From Actinomycetales bacterium (GTDB taxonomy: Bacteria; Actinomycetota; Actinomycetes; Actinomycetales; CAVURS01): DNA of 64,000 bases. The translations under genes were made by a program, and so were the position numbers. The notes below the pieces were generated by a model. It worked only from the letters and a program-made list of their open reading frames with translations. It did not search any database and was not told the origin of the DNA. This document shows positions 8,727 to 21,194 of the stretch, piece after piece. Location of the stretch: positions 21,026 through 85,025 of the forward strand of contig JBJMHS010000074.1 of assembly GCA_045807245.1 (NCBI GenBank), in the 5' to 3' direction. Position 1 is the first letter of the stretch; each line of letters begins with the position of its first letter.

Positions 8727-10334
8727 TCAGAAGGTATCGCGCGGGACATACGTCCCCCACACGTCCCGCAGGGCATGGCACACCTCTCCGACGGTGGCCC
8801 GGGCCGCGAGCGCCTCGCGCATCGGAGGCAGGGCGTTGTCCTGGCCCTTGGCGGCGGTCCGGAGCGCGTCCAGCGCTCGCTCCACGGCGCCGCTGTCGCG
8901 CTCCTTGCGCAAGGCCTCGAGCCGGCCGCGCTGGTCCGCCTCGATCTGCGGGTCGACGCGGAGCGGCTCGTAGGCCTCCTCCTCGTCGAGCTGGAACCGG
9001 TTGAGCCCCACCACGGTTCGCTCGCCGGAGTCGATCTGCTGTGCGATGGCGTACGCCGATCGCTCGATCTCGCTCTTCTGGAAGCCCTCCTCGATGGCGG
9101 CGACGGCTCCGCCCATGGACTCCACGATGTCCATCAGCTCGACCGCCGCCGACTCGACGTGGTCGGTGAGCGACTCCATGACGTACGACCCGGCGAACGG
9201 GTCGACCGTCTTGGTGACGTCGCTCTCGAACGCGATGACCTGCTGGGTGCGCAGGGCCAGGCGCGCCGCCTTGGCCGTCGGCAGGGCGATCGCCTCGTCG
9301 AAGGCGTTCGTGTGCAGGCTCTGCGTGCCGCCGAGGACGGCGCCGAGGCCCTGCAGCGCGACCCGGACGAGGTTCACCTCCGGCTGTTGGGCCGTGAGCT
9401 GCACGCCGGCGGTCTGGGTGTGGAACCGCAGGGCCTGGCTGCGCGGGTCCTTGGCGCCGAAGTCCTCGCGCATGACGCGCGCCCAGATGCGTCGCGCGGC
9501 CCGGAACTTCGCGACCTCCTCGAGGAACGTCGTACGGGCGACGAAGAAGAAGGACAGGCGCGGCGCGAAGTCGTCGACCGCGAGTCCCGCCTGCTGCGCT
9601 GCTCGGACGTACGCGATGGCGTTGGCGAGGGTGAACGCGATCTCCTGGACGGGCGTGGCCCCGGCCTCCGCCATGTGGTAGCCCGAGATGGAGATCGTGT
9701 TCCAGCGCGGAATCTCCTTGTGGCAGTAGGCGAAGATGTCACTGATCAACCGCAGGGACTCCGCGGGCGGGAAGATGTACGTCCCCCGCGCGATGTACTC
9801 CTTGAGCACGTCGTTCTGGATCGTGCCGGTGAGGTCGGTGGCGACGATGCCGTGCTCCTGGGCGACGAGCTGGTAGAGCAGGAGCAACGCGCTGGCCGGG
9901 GCGTTGATCGTCATCGACGTCGAGACCCGGTCCAGCGGGATGCCGTCGAACAGCACGCGCATGTCGTCGATGGAGTCGATGGCGACGCCGACCTTGCCCA
10001 CCTCGCCGTGCGCGACCGGGTCGTCGGAGTCGTAGCCCATCTGGGTGGGCAGGTCGAAGGCGACGCTCAGCCCTCCGGTGCCGGCCTTGACCAGCTGGTG
10101 GTAGCGCGCGTTCGACTCCTTGGCGGTGCCGAACCCGGCGTACTGGCGCATCGTCCACGGGCGGCCGGTGTACATCGACGCATAGGGCCCACGGGTGAAC
10201 GGGTACGAGCCGGGCCGACCGAGGCTCTGGTCGGGATCGAAGCCGGCCAGGTCGGCCGGGCCGTACACCGGCCGGAGCTCCTGCCCCGACTCGGTCCAGC
10301 CCGGACCGCCGACGCGCCCCGACCCCTCAGCCAT
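8727..10334 (-). CDS. Methylmalonyl-CoA-mutase-family large (substrate-binding) subunit, lacking a B12-binding domain
   Basis: [39 protein letters not shown] and [20 protein letters not shown] are mutase TIM-barrel motifs. The protein ends without the C-terminal DxHxxG domain. Confidence 0.85.
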   Translation of the reverse strand: MAEGSGRVGGPGWTESGQELRPVYGPADLAGFDPDQSLGRPGSYPFTRGPYASMYTGRPWTMRQYAGFGTAKESNARYHQLVKAGTGGLSVAFDLPTQMGYDSDDPVAHGEVGKVGVAIDSIDDMRVLFDGIPLDRVSTSMTINAPASALLLLYQLVAQEHGIVATDLTGTIQNDVLKEYIARGTYIFPPAESLRLISDIFAYCHKEIPRWNTISISGYHMAEAGATPVQEIAFTLANAIAYVRAAQQAGLAVDDFAPRLSFFFVARTTFLEEVAKFRAARRIWARVMREDFGAKDPRSQALRFHTQTAGVQLTAQQPEVNLVRVALQGLGAVLGGTQSLHTNAFDEAIALPTAKAARLALRTQQVIAFESDVTKTVDPFAGSYVMESLTDHVESAAVELMDIVESMGGAVAAIEEGFQKSEIERSAYAIAQQIDSGERTVVGLNRFQLDEEEAYEPLRVDPQIEADQRGRLEALRKERDSGAVERALDALRTAAKGQDNALPPMREALAARATVGEVCHALRDVWGTYVPRDTF

Positions 10335-10363
10335 GCCGGTCAGGCTAGCCGCGCCCCCCTCGC

Positions 10364-10455
10364 CCCGTCGTACCCCCCCAAAGCCGGTTTACCCCCGGAA
10401 AGCCGCTCCCGTCGGCCGGAATCGGCCTCCGGAGCGGCTTTCGGAGGGCACCGAA
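10364..10455. repeat. REP-like structured intergenic element, copy 1
   Basis: Built from units CCCCYCGAAAGCCG and the inverse CGGCTTTCGRGGGG. There is a 12-bp perfect stem (10398-10409 with 10431-10442) around an inner 5-bp hairpin. It is homologous to 51092-51206. Confidence 0.5.
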
Positions 10456-11631
10456 CTACAGGAGGTCGGTGCGGCCGGCGGCTTTGAGTGCGGCGACGAC
10501 GTCCTTGACCCGCTGGGCCTGGTCAGCCGGTACGACGAGGACGGCGTCCGGCGTGTCCACGACCACGACGCCGGCCAGCCCGACGACGACGACCTCGCGC
10601 CCACCGGCCGGTACGACGAGGCCTCCGCGGTCCTCATCGGCTCCGACACCGGCATCGCCCAGAGCGAGCACCCGGCTCGCGTCGCCGAGCACCCGGGTGC
10701 GGCCGGGCCCCGCGTCGGGAAGCAACGCAGCAAGCGAGGCCCAGTCACCGACGTCGTCCCAGCCGATGTCAGCGGGGACGCAGGCGACTCGCCCGGCCGC
10801 CGCCGCGGGCTCGGCCACCGCGTGGTCGATGGCGATCGCCTCGGCGGTCGGCCACAGCCGCTCGAGCGCGGCCACACCGTGCGCCTCGGCCACTCCCCCC
10901 ACTCCGGTCGGCTGCGACCCGTCCCAGACCGCGGCGGCCTCGCGCAGCACGGCCTCCAACCGCGGATGGTTCTCGCGCAGCAGCTCCAGCAGCGTCTCGG
11001 CGCGCACCACGAACATCCCGGCGTTCCAGCGGAAACCGCTCTCGACGTACCACGCGGCCCTCGCAGCGTCCGGCTTCTCCACGAACCGGGCCGCCCGGCG
11101 TACCGATGCAGCGCCCGCGACCGGAACCGGCTCACCCAGCTCGATGTAGCCGAAGCCCGTGGCCGGATGGGTCGGCGTGATGCCGATGGTGACCAGCCAG
11201 CCCTCGCGCGCCGCAGCCACCGCGTCGGCGACGGCGCGGCCGAACGCAGCCGTGTCGCGGACCACGTGGTCGGCCGCGAACGAGCCGATCAGGGCCTCCG
11301 GGTCGCGCCGCGCGAGCACCGCGGCGGCCAGGCCGATCGCGGGCATGGAGTCGCGCGGGCTGGGTTCGGCGATGACAGCACCCGGCGGCAGCTCCGGCAG
11401 CTGGGCGCGGACCGCGTCGACGTGGGCGCGGCCGGTCACGACGAGGAAGCCGTCACCCGCTAGCGGCGCGAGGCGGTCCCAGGTCTGCTGCAGCAGGGTC
11501 CGGCCCGAGCCGGTCAGGTCGTGCAGGAACTTCGGCGACCCCGCCCGTGACAGCGGCCACAGTCGCGTGCCCGCCCCACCAGCCGGTACGACGGCGGTGA
11601 GCCCGGCGATGGGCGGCGGCGCGGACGTCAT
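10456..11631 (-). CDS. Mannose-1-phosphate guanylyltransferase-like nucleotidyltransferase
   Basis: N-terminal VVPAGGAGTRLWPLSR (GxGxRLxPLS sugar-phosphate nucleotidyltransferase motif). ATG at 11631, with an alternative ATG at 11667. The track ORF extends to 11976. Confidence 0.8.
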   Translation of the reverse strand: MTSAPPPIAGLTAVVPAGGAGTRLWPLSRAGSPKFLHDLTGSGRTLLQQTWDRLAPLAGDGFLVVTGRAHVDAVRAQLPELPPGAVIAEPSPRDSMPAIGLAAAVLARRDPEALIGSFAADHVVRDTAAFGRAVADAVAAAREGWLVTIGITPTHPATGFGYIELGEPVPVAGAASVRRAARFVEKPDAARAAWYVESGFRWNAGMFVVRAETLLELLRENHPRLEAVLREAAAVWDGSQPTGVGGVAEAHGVAALERLWPTAEAIAIDHAVAEPAAAAGRVACVPADIGWDDVGDWASLAALLPDAGPGRTRVLGDASRVLALGDAGVGADEDRGGLVVPAGGREVVVVGLAGVVVVDTPDAVLVVPADQAQRVKDVVAALKAAGRTDLL

Positions 11632-11697
11632 GGGCGCTGACGCTAGCCGACGCGCCGCCGCCCTCATGACCGTTCGTTCGGCTACCCTCACCTGGCG

Positions 11698-12888
11698 ATG
11701 CCAGCCAGCCGCCGTACCCACGCTGACCTGCCCCGACTCCGACTCCGGACCGTCGCAGCCGCCGTGACGGCGCTCGTCGGCTCGGCCCTCTGCGTGCTCC
11801 CGCTCGCCGCCCAGGCCGCGACGACGGACGAGCCGATCGGCGGGCCGGAGCTCGCGTGGACCACGACGGTGTGGCACGTGCCGACCGGCGTGCCGGCGCC
11901 GCCGCCGGTCCCGGCCAAGAGCTACCTGCTCGCCGACCTGACGACCGGACAGGTCCTGGTCGCCCACGACGCCCACCGGCGCCTGCTGACGGCCAGCACC
12001 ATGAAGGTCCTGACGGCGCTGACGTTGCTCCCACGCCTGGATGCCGACCTCGTCTACACCGCCCGCCCGGCCGACGCCGCCGTCGACGGCAGCAAGGTCG
12101 GCCTCGTCCCCGGCTCGACCTACACCGTGCGTCAGCTGTTCCTCGGCATGATGTTGTCATCCGGCAACGATGCGGCCACCGCCCTGGCGAACGCCGCCGG
12201 TGGTGTCGCGGCGACGGTGGGACTGATGCAGCAGCAGGCGGCGGCACTCGGGGCCCTCGACACGACGGTGCGGGACCCGAGCGGCCTGGACGCGCCCGGG
12301 CAGCGCAGCAGTGCGTAGGACCTCGCGCTCATCACCCGGGCCGCCATGGACCGCCCGGACTTCCGCGAGCTCGTCGCGACGAAGACGGCGGATTTCCCCG
12401 GCAAGATCGTGAAAGGTAAGCGCAGCAAGGGTTTCCAGATCCAGAACCACAACGAGCTGCTGTCGCACTACCAAGGCGCGATCGGCGTCAAGACTGGGTA
12501 CACCGAGGCCGCGAAATGGACGTACGTCGGCGCGGCCCGGCGTGGCGACCACACCTACGTGGTCACCGAGCTCGGACTCAGCCAACCCGGGTGGGTGCCC
12601 ACGACCAAGCTGCTCAACTGGGCGTTCCGGTACGGCGGGTCGGCGAGCCCCGTCGGCGCCCTCGTCTCTCCAGTCGACCTGCCCGCGTCGTCGGCTCGCA
12701 GTGCCGTGCCCGGCTCGGGTCGACAGGCTCAGGCCGCAAGCAGCATCCCGCTGACGGCGCGTTCCGACGCGGCCCGCTGGGTCGGCTGGCTCGGCTGGGC
12801 CGGCGCCGCGGGCCTGCTCGCGGCGGCCGCCATCTGTGGAGCCCTCACGCTCGGCGTCGTACGCCGGCGGGCCGGCGCCTCCCGGTGA
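11698..12888 (+). pseudogene. D-alanyl-D-alanine carboxypeptidase (S11 PBP) interrupted by an in-frame TAG at 12316-12318
   Basis: ORFs 11698..12318 and 12346..12888 are in the same frame. STMK (SxxK) and SGN lie before the stop, and KTG plus the C-terminal membrane anchor lie after it. The stop falls in ...GQRSSA*DLALI..., where relatives as I recall them have SAYD (Tyr). Confidence 0.8.
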
Positions 12889-12921
12889 CCCGGCCGCTGA
12901 CCCGGCCGCTGACCCGGCCGG
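12886..12921. repeat. Three tandem 12-bp units TGACCCGGCCGS
   Basis: Read directly: 12886-12897, 12898-12909 and 12910-12921. The first TGA is the carboxypeptidase stop, and the next two TGAs are in the same frame. Confidence 0.8.
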
Positions 12922-12927
12922 GCGGGC

Positions 12928-14004
12928 TCAGCCGCGATGGCGCAGGCCGGCGACCACGGCCGACATCGCGCGCCGCAGGGCAGCCACTCCGACGGCACCC
13001 GCGGCTCCGAGGACGGCGCCGGCCGCGACCGCCGTACGGTCACCGGACCGGGTGCCGAAGTTCGGCTCGAGGGCAGCCGGGTGGGGCACCGCCCGTGACC
13101 GAGCCAGGGCCCGCGCCGGCTCGTCGCTGACCTCGGCCGCCATCTGGACCGCCCAGTCCTCGGCCGCCCAGGCGGCGGCGAGGAGCGTCACCCGGCTCAG
13201 CAGGTTCATGACGACGAGCAGGCCGACGACGATGGCGAACGACGCGAGCAGCGGGTTGGCCGAGCTGCCCAGGATGCCGAACGCGACGGCGACCTTGAGC
13301 ACGCCCACCGCCACAGCGCCCAGCCACGCCGCGGGCCGCAGGTCCGACCATGGCATCGCCACCCCGCTGAGCAGCCGCAGCAGGATGAGATAGATCGCGA
13401 AGTCCACGGCGAGCACGACGACGAAGCCTGCGATGGGCAACAGCACCTTGCCGAGCAGACTGTCCGGCGACAGCCCGACCCAGTCGAGGACCCGCCCGGT
13501 GGCCGCGTTGACGAAGGCCGAGACGACCCCTGAGACCAGCATGGACAGGCCGAGCAGCACCAGCACGGCCAGATCACGGACCCGGCTCGCGACGGCGTTC
13601 GACTGCAGCAAGGGACGGTCGAACATCGCCCGGATGCCCTCCCGCAGTGCGCCCAGCCAGCCCAGGCCGCTGAACACCAGTACGACGAATGAGATCGCGC
13701 CGGTGATGGTCAGGACGTTCGGCGTCGGCGGCTTCGAGGCGTCGATGATCCCGTCCGGGTGCTGCGCATCCTGGACGATGCCGGGCAAGGTCGTCGACAC
13801 CGAGTGCACGACGTCGTGGAACAGCCCCGGCTGGTCGCGCAGGACGAACCCGAATATTGCGAACCCCAAAGTGAGGGCCGGGAAGACGGAGAAGAACGCG
13901 AAGTACGCCACGCCGCCCGCGAGGACGCCACCCCGTGCATTCGTGTACCGCTGCCAGACCCGGTAGGCGTGGGTGGCCTTGAGGCGCTGCAGCGCCGCCT
14001 TCAC
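12928..14004 (-). CDS. YihY/BrkB-family integral membrane protein
   Basis: The YRVWQRYTNARGGVLAGGVAYFAFFSVFPAL start and polytopic body are typical of the YihY family. The GTG at 14004 overlaps the upstream stop (GTGA). Confidence 0.8.
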   Translation of the reverse strand: MKAALQRLKATHAYRVWQRYTNARGGVLAGGVAYFAFFSVFPALTLGFAIFGFVLRDQPGLFHDVVHSVSTTLPGIVQDAQHPDGIIDASKPPTPNVLTITGAISFVVLVFSGLGWLGALREGIRAMFDRPLLQSNAVASRVRDLAVLVLLGLSMLVSGVVSAFVNAATGRVLDWVGLSPDSLLGKVLLPIAGFVVVLAVDFAIYLILLRLLSGVAMPWSDLRPAAWLGAVAVGVLKVAVAFGILGSSANPLLASFAIVVGLLVVMNLLSRVTLLAAAWAAEDWAVQMAAEVSDEPARALARSRAVPHPAALEPNFGTRSGDRTAVAAGAVLGAAGAVGVAALRRAMSAVVAGLRHRG

Positions 14005-14564
14005 GCCGGTCCGAACCAGAAGTCCCGGGCGACCCGCCAGACGCCGTCGTCGCCGTGGAGGTAGAGCTGGAACCCCTCGACGACGAAGCGGCACTCGTAG
14101 CCGGCCAGCTGCTCCTGCGCCGCGTCGAGCACCTGCTCGGGCAAGTGGTGCGCGACCGTGACGTGCGGGTGGTAGGGGAACTCGAGCATGCGCCCACTCA
14201 GGGGCCCGTCGCGCACGTCCTCCTCGAGCGTCTCGCACTCCCCGATCCCCGTCGAGAGCTGCACGAACACGACGGGCGAGACGGGGCGGAAGGTCGCGGA
14301 GCCGCGCAGCCTCATCTCGAACGGGTCATGTTGCAGCGCAACCTTTTCCAGGTGCTCGACGACGGTGTCGAGCGAGTCCGGGTCGACTGCCGTCGGCGGG
14401 AGCAGCGTCACGTGGGTGGGGATCGCGTCGGCGAGCGGGTCACCGAACGACGAACGCATGGACTGGAGCTCGGAACCGAACGGCTCGGGGATCGCGATGG
14501 CGACCCCGATCGAGCCCGGCAACACCGCGGCACCAGTCAGCGTGGGAGGTCCCTGGTCCGTCAC
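14001..14564 (-). CDS. 2H-phosphoesterase (LigT / 2'-5' RNA ligase family) protein
   Basis: Two HxT motifs (PTHVTLLPP and HPHVTVAHH) at the spacing expected for the 2H superfamily. Confidence 0.75.
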   Translation of the reverse strand: MTDQGPPTLTGAAVLPGSIGVAIAIPEPFGSELQSMRSSFGDPLADAIPTHVTLLPPTAVDPDSLDTVVEHLEKVALQHDPFEMRLRGSATFRPVSPVVFVQLSTGIGECETLEEDVRDGPLSGRMLEFPYHPHVTVAHHLPEQVLDAAQEQLAGYECRFVVEGFQLYLHGDDGVWRVARDFWFGPA

Positions 14565-14567
14565 CGG

Positions 14568-17796
<3,229 letters not shown>

Positions 17797-17800
<4 letters not shown>

Positions 17801-18708
17801 CCCTTGTTCGCACCGAGGGTCAGGCCGGAGACGAACTGCTTCTGCAACACGAAGAAGACGACAAGGGTCGGGATCGCGACCAGCACCGAACCCGCCGACA
17901 GCAGGTTGTAGTCCGTGAAGAACTGGCCCTTGAGGTTCTGCAGCGAGCTGGTGATTGGGTACTTGTCACCGGTGCTCATGAAGGCGACGGCCCAGAAGAA
18001 GTCGTTGTAGATCCAGGTGACCTCGAGCGTCGCCAGCGCCGCGAGGGCGGGGCGGCACAGCGGCAGGATGATCTGGACGAACTGCCGGAGCACGCCGGCG
18101 CCGTCGACCAGGGACGCCTCGCTGAGCTCCTTGGGCAGGGTCTTCATGTAGTTGGAGAGCACGAAGGCGCAGAACCCGGTCTGGAACGCGATGTGCGTGA
18201 TGATGACGGCCCAGTAGCTGTCGTACAGCTCACCGGAGTCGCTGAACCAGAACGGCACCTGGATCTTGGTGTAGATGGTGAACAGGGGCACCAGGAGCGC
18301 CTGCGGCGGTAGGAGGTTCGCCGCCGTGAACAGGACGAGCAGCGGGATGTTGAACCAGAAGGAGAAGCGGGCCACCACGAAGGCCACCGAGCTCGCCAGC
18401 AGCAGCGTGACCGTCACTGAGGGCACCGTGATGATCGCGGAGTTGATGAAGTGCCGGGTGAAGTCGCCCGCCCGCCACGCCTCCGTGTAGTTGTGCAAGG
18501 TGAAGCCACCGAACGACACGTAGCCGTGTTCGGAGGTGTAGTTGTAGTCCCGGAACGAGTTGAGCAGGGCCCAGAGGACGGGGAAGAGCCACACCAGAGC
18601 CATCACGGTGAGGAAGCCGTACAGCAGTGGACGGCGGGACTTGCGCCGCCGCGTCCGCGACCGGCTCGACGCCGTCTCCAGCAGGCCCGGTGCGGCAGTC
18701 GCGGTCAC
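17797..18708 (-). CDS. Carbohydrate ABC transporter permease (CUT1, MalG-like)
   Basis: Six-TM translation with a 4-nt overlap to each neighbour. Confidence 0.85.
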
Positions 18709-19661
18709 GGCTTGTCCTCCCGCATCACGGCCGGCACGTAGAACGCGATGAGCACCAACGAGATCAGCAGCATGATCGTCGCGAGCGCGGAGCCGAACGG
18801 GATCCGTTGCCCCTCGCCGACGATGTTGTTGAAGACGAGGGCACCGATCAGCTCCAGCCCGTTACGGCCCTTGTTGACGATGTACACGAGGTCGAACGCC
18901 CGCAAGGACTCGATCACCGTCACGACGAACACGATGATGTTGATCGGCCGCATCACCGGGAAGACGACGCGGAAGAACGTCTTGGTCTCGGAGGCGCCGT
19001 CGACGGCCGCCGCCTCCCGCAACGTCGGATCGACGCCCTTCAGGCCGGCCAGGTAGAGCAGCATGATGTAGCCGGTATGCCGCCAGCTGGCCGCCACGAG
19101 CACCGCCCAGAGGTTGACGCTCGAGTCGCCGTACCAGTCGACCGCGTCGTTGCCTTTCAGCCCCAGTACGGCGTTGAGCAGCCCTTGGTCGCGCGAGTAG
19201 ATGAGCTGCCAGATGAAGCCGACCAGGGCGAGGGACAGGACGACGGGCAGGAAGAACGCACTCTGGTAGACCCGGCTGAACCGGATCTCGCGGTCGAGCA
19301 GGACCGCCAGGAACATGCCGAGCACCGTCGGCACGGCGAAGGTGACCGCCAGCCAGATCAGGTTGTGCTCGAGGGCCGGGCGGAACGGCGGGTAGTTGGT
19401 CGTGACGTCGTCGAAGTTCTTGAGGCCCACGTTCTTGACCGACGACAGCGGCTTGAACCCGTCGTAGTCGGTGAAGGACAGACCTACCGTGGCCAGCGCC
19501 GGCAGCCACACGATCGCCACGACGATCACCGCGGGGATGCCGGCCATCAGGAACAGCACGACGCGGTCGAACGTGGACAGCCGCCTGGCGCGACGACGCC
19601 GCCGGGAGGTCTCGCCTCCCGGCGACGTCGTCGCGGCTGGTGCCGCCGTCGTACCGGACAA
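18705..19661 (-). CDS. Carbohydrate ABC transporter permease (CUT1, MalF-like)
   Basis: Polytopic translation, operonic with the neighbouring permease and SBP. Confidence 0.85.
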   Translation of the reverse strand: MSGTTAAPAATTSPGGETSRRRRRARRLSTFDRVVLFLMAGIPAVIVVAIVWLPALATVGLSFTDYDGFKPLSSVKNVGLKNFDDVTTNYPPFRPALEHNLIWLAVTFAVPTVLGMFLAVLLDREIRFSRVYQSAFFLPVVLSLALVGFIWQLIYSRDQGLLNAVLGLKGNDAVDWYGDSSVNLWAVLVAASWRHTGYIMLLYLAGLKGVDPTLREAAAVDGASETKTFFRVVFPVMRPINIIVFVVTVIESLRAFDLVYIVNKGRNGLELIGALVFNNIVGEGQRIPFGSALATIMLLISLVLIAFYVPAVMREDKP

Positions 19662-19664
19662 TCG

Positions 19665-21035
19665 TCAGCCCTCGGACGCGAAGATCGACTTCTTCTGCTT
19701 CTCGATACTGCTGGTCAGCCCGTCGATGTCGTTCGGGTTCTTGATGAACGTCTGGATCGCGGGGATCATCACGTTGCTCGCGAAGTCGGGCCGGGTGTCG
19801 CGGTCCATGAACTGCGAGATGTTCTTCGCGCTGCCGACGAACTCGACGGCCTTCTTCTGCAGCGCGCTGTAGCCGCTGGCGTCGGCGGCGGAGTTGACGC
19901 CGATGACGGTGGGGTCGGCCGCGACGTACTTGGCTTCCGCGGCAGGGGTCCCAAGGAAGGACAGGAACGCCTTGGCCGCGGCCTCGTTGCGCGGCCGCTT
20001 GGCCATCATGAAGCCGTCGATGGGAGCCTCGATCGCGTCGCTTCCGATGGTCGAGTCGACCTCAGGGAAGGTGAAGAAGTCAAGGTCGTCCTGCTGGTCC
20101 TTCGGGAACTGCTGCCCGACGAACATGCCCAGGACGTACATGCCGGCCTTCTTCTGCTGCAACGCCTGCGCGGCCTCCTGCCAGGTCCGGCCCAACGACG
20201 CGTCCTGGTGGTACGGGAGCAGCCCCTTCCAGGTGTCGAACACCTTCTTCACCTCGGCCGAGTCCCACTCCTTCTTGCCGGCCATGAGGTCGACATGGAA
20301 CTGGTAGCCGTTGATCCGCATGTTCAGCTGGTCGAAGGTGCCCATCGCCGGCCAGCCGTCCTTGTCGCCGAACGCGATCGGGACGAGACCGTCCTTCTTC
20401 ATCTGCTTGGACAGCGTCACGAGCTCGTCGAGCGTCTTCGGCGCCTGGTAGCCCTTGGCCGCGAACACGCTCTTGCGGTAGAAGATGGCCCACGGGTAGT
20501 TGTCGAGCGGCACGAAGTACTGCTTGCCGTCATCGCCGGTGGACGCGGTCTTCAGAGCGTCCGAGAAGCCCTGCAGCTTGCTCCAGACGTCGCTGACGTC
20601 GCCGGCCAGGCCCTTGGCGGCGAAGAAGCGCATGCGGTAGCCGGCGAACCAGGTGAAGACGTCGTCCGGCCGGCCTTGCAGGTAGCTGTTGATCTGCTCC
20701 TGGAAGGTGTTGTGGTCGACGGTGTTCGTCGTGACCTTGATCTTCGGCGTCGCGGTGCTGAACGCGTTGACCATGTCGGCGTACGCCTTCTTCGGCACCG
20801 GGTCCGACTGGTTCGACCCGAAGGTCAACGTGCCGCTGGCCCCTCCACCGGAGCCGGCACTGCCCCCTCCGCTGGATGAGCCACAGGCGGCCAGCACCCC
20901 CGCGACGGACAGTGCGGAGCCGGACGCGAGAGCGCCCTTGAGGAGCGTGCGGCGGCCGAAGCCGGTGGCGGCGGCCGAGGGAGGAACGAGCCGAGCGAGG
21001 TACTCGGCCTCGGACTGGGGGCGGGCCATGCGCAT
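19665..21035 (-). CDS. Extracellular sugar-binding lipoprotein of the ABC transporter
   Basis: Tat-like GRRTLLKG, lipobox LAAC and a Gly/Ser linker, followed by a family-1 solute-binding body. Confidence 0.85.
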   Translation of the reverse strand: MRMARPQSEAEYLARLVPPSAAATGFGRRTLLKGALASGSALSVAGVLAACGSSSGGGSAGSGGGASGTLTFGSNQSDPVPKKAYADMVNAFSTATPKIKVTTNTVDHNTFQEQINSYLQGRPDDVFTWFAGYRMRFFAAKGLAGDVSDVWSKLQGFSDALKTASTGDDGKQYFVPLDNYPWAIFYRKSVFAAKGYQAPKTLDELVTLSKQMKKDGLVPIAFGDKDGWPAMGTFDQLNMRINGYQFHVDLMAGKKEWDSAEVKKVFDTWKGLLPYHQDASLGRTWQEAAQALQQKKAGMYVLGMFVGQQFPKDQQDDLDFFTFPEVDSTIGSDAIEAPIDGFMMAKRPRNEAAAKAFLSFLGTPAAEAKYVAADPTVIGVNSAADASGYSALQKKAVEFVGSAKNISQFMDRDTRPDFASNVMIPAIQTFIKNPNDIDGLTSSIEKQKKSIFASEG

Positions 21036-21158
21036 CTCCGTATGGTCAGGGGATTGTCAAGGACAGTCAACGAATCCGAACAGGTTCCGACAGAAGTGAC
21101 CTCACCCAACTCCCCCTGGCGCCGCATGTCAAGCAAAGAACCATCAAGATTTTGCGTC

Positions 21159-21181
21159 ATCGCACAAATTTCGTGTGCGAT
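21159..21181. promoter_or_regulatory. Candidate operator: inverted repeat ATCGCACA-N7-TGTGCGAT
   Basis: Perfect 8-bp arms read directly in the relatively AT-rich divergent promoter region between the ABC operon and the GH42 gene, 14 nt upstream of the GH42 ATG. The regulator is not known; a DeoR gene lies downstream. Confidence 0.3.
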
Positions 21182-21194
21182 CGTGTTGACTTCG

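Noticed and set aside
10335-10455. Cobalamin riboswitch upstream of the mutase gene
   Set aside because: I could not see a convincing B12-box. The same element recurs between two unrelated convergent genes at 51092-51206, which argues for a generic repeat rather than a B12 sensor. An Rfam scan would settle it.
8775-10487. 570-aa ORF antisense to the mutase large subunit
   Set aside because: Same shadow-ORF pattern with no domain signature. It also runs through the REP-like element.
18627-20879. 750-aa ORF antisense to the sugar ABC permease and binding-protein genes
   Set aside because: It is rich in Arg, Asp, Glu, His and Gly and lacks motifs, while the opposite strand encodes coherent membrane and SBP proteins.
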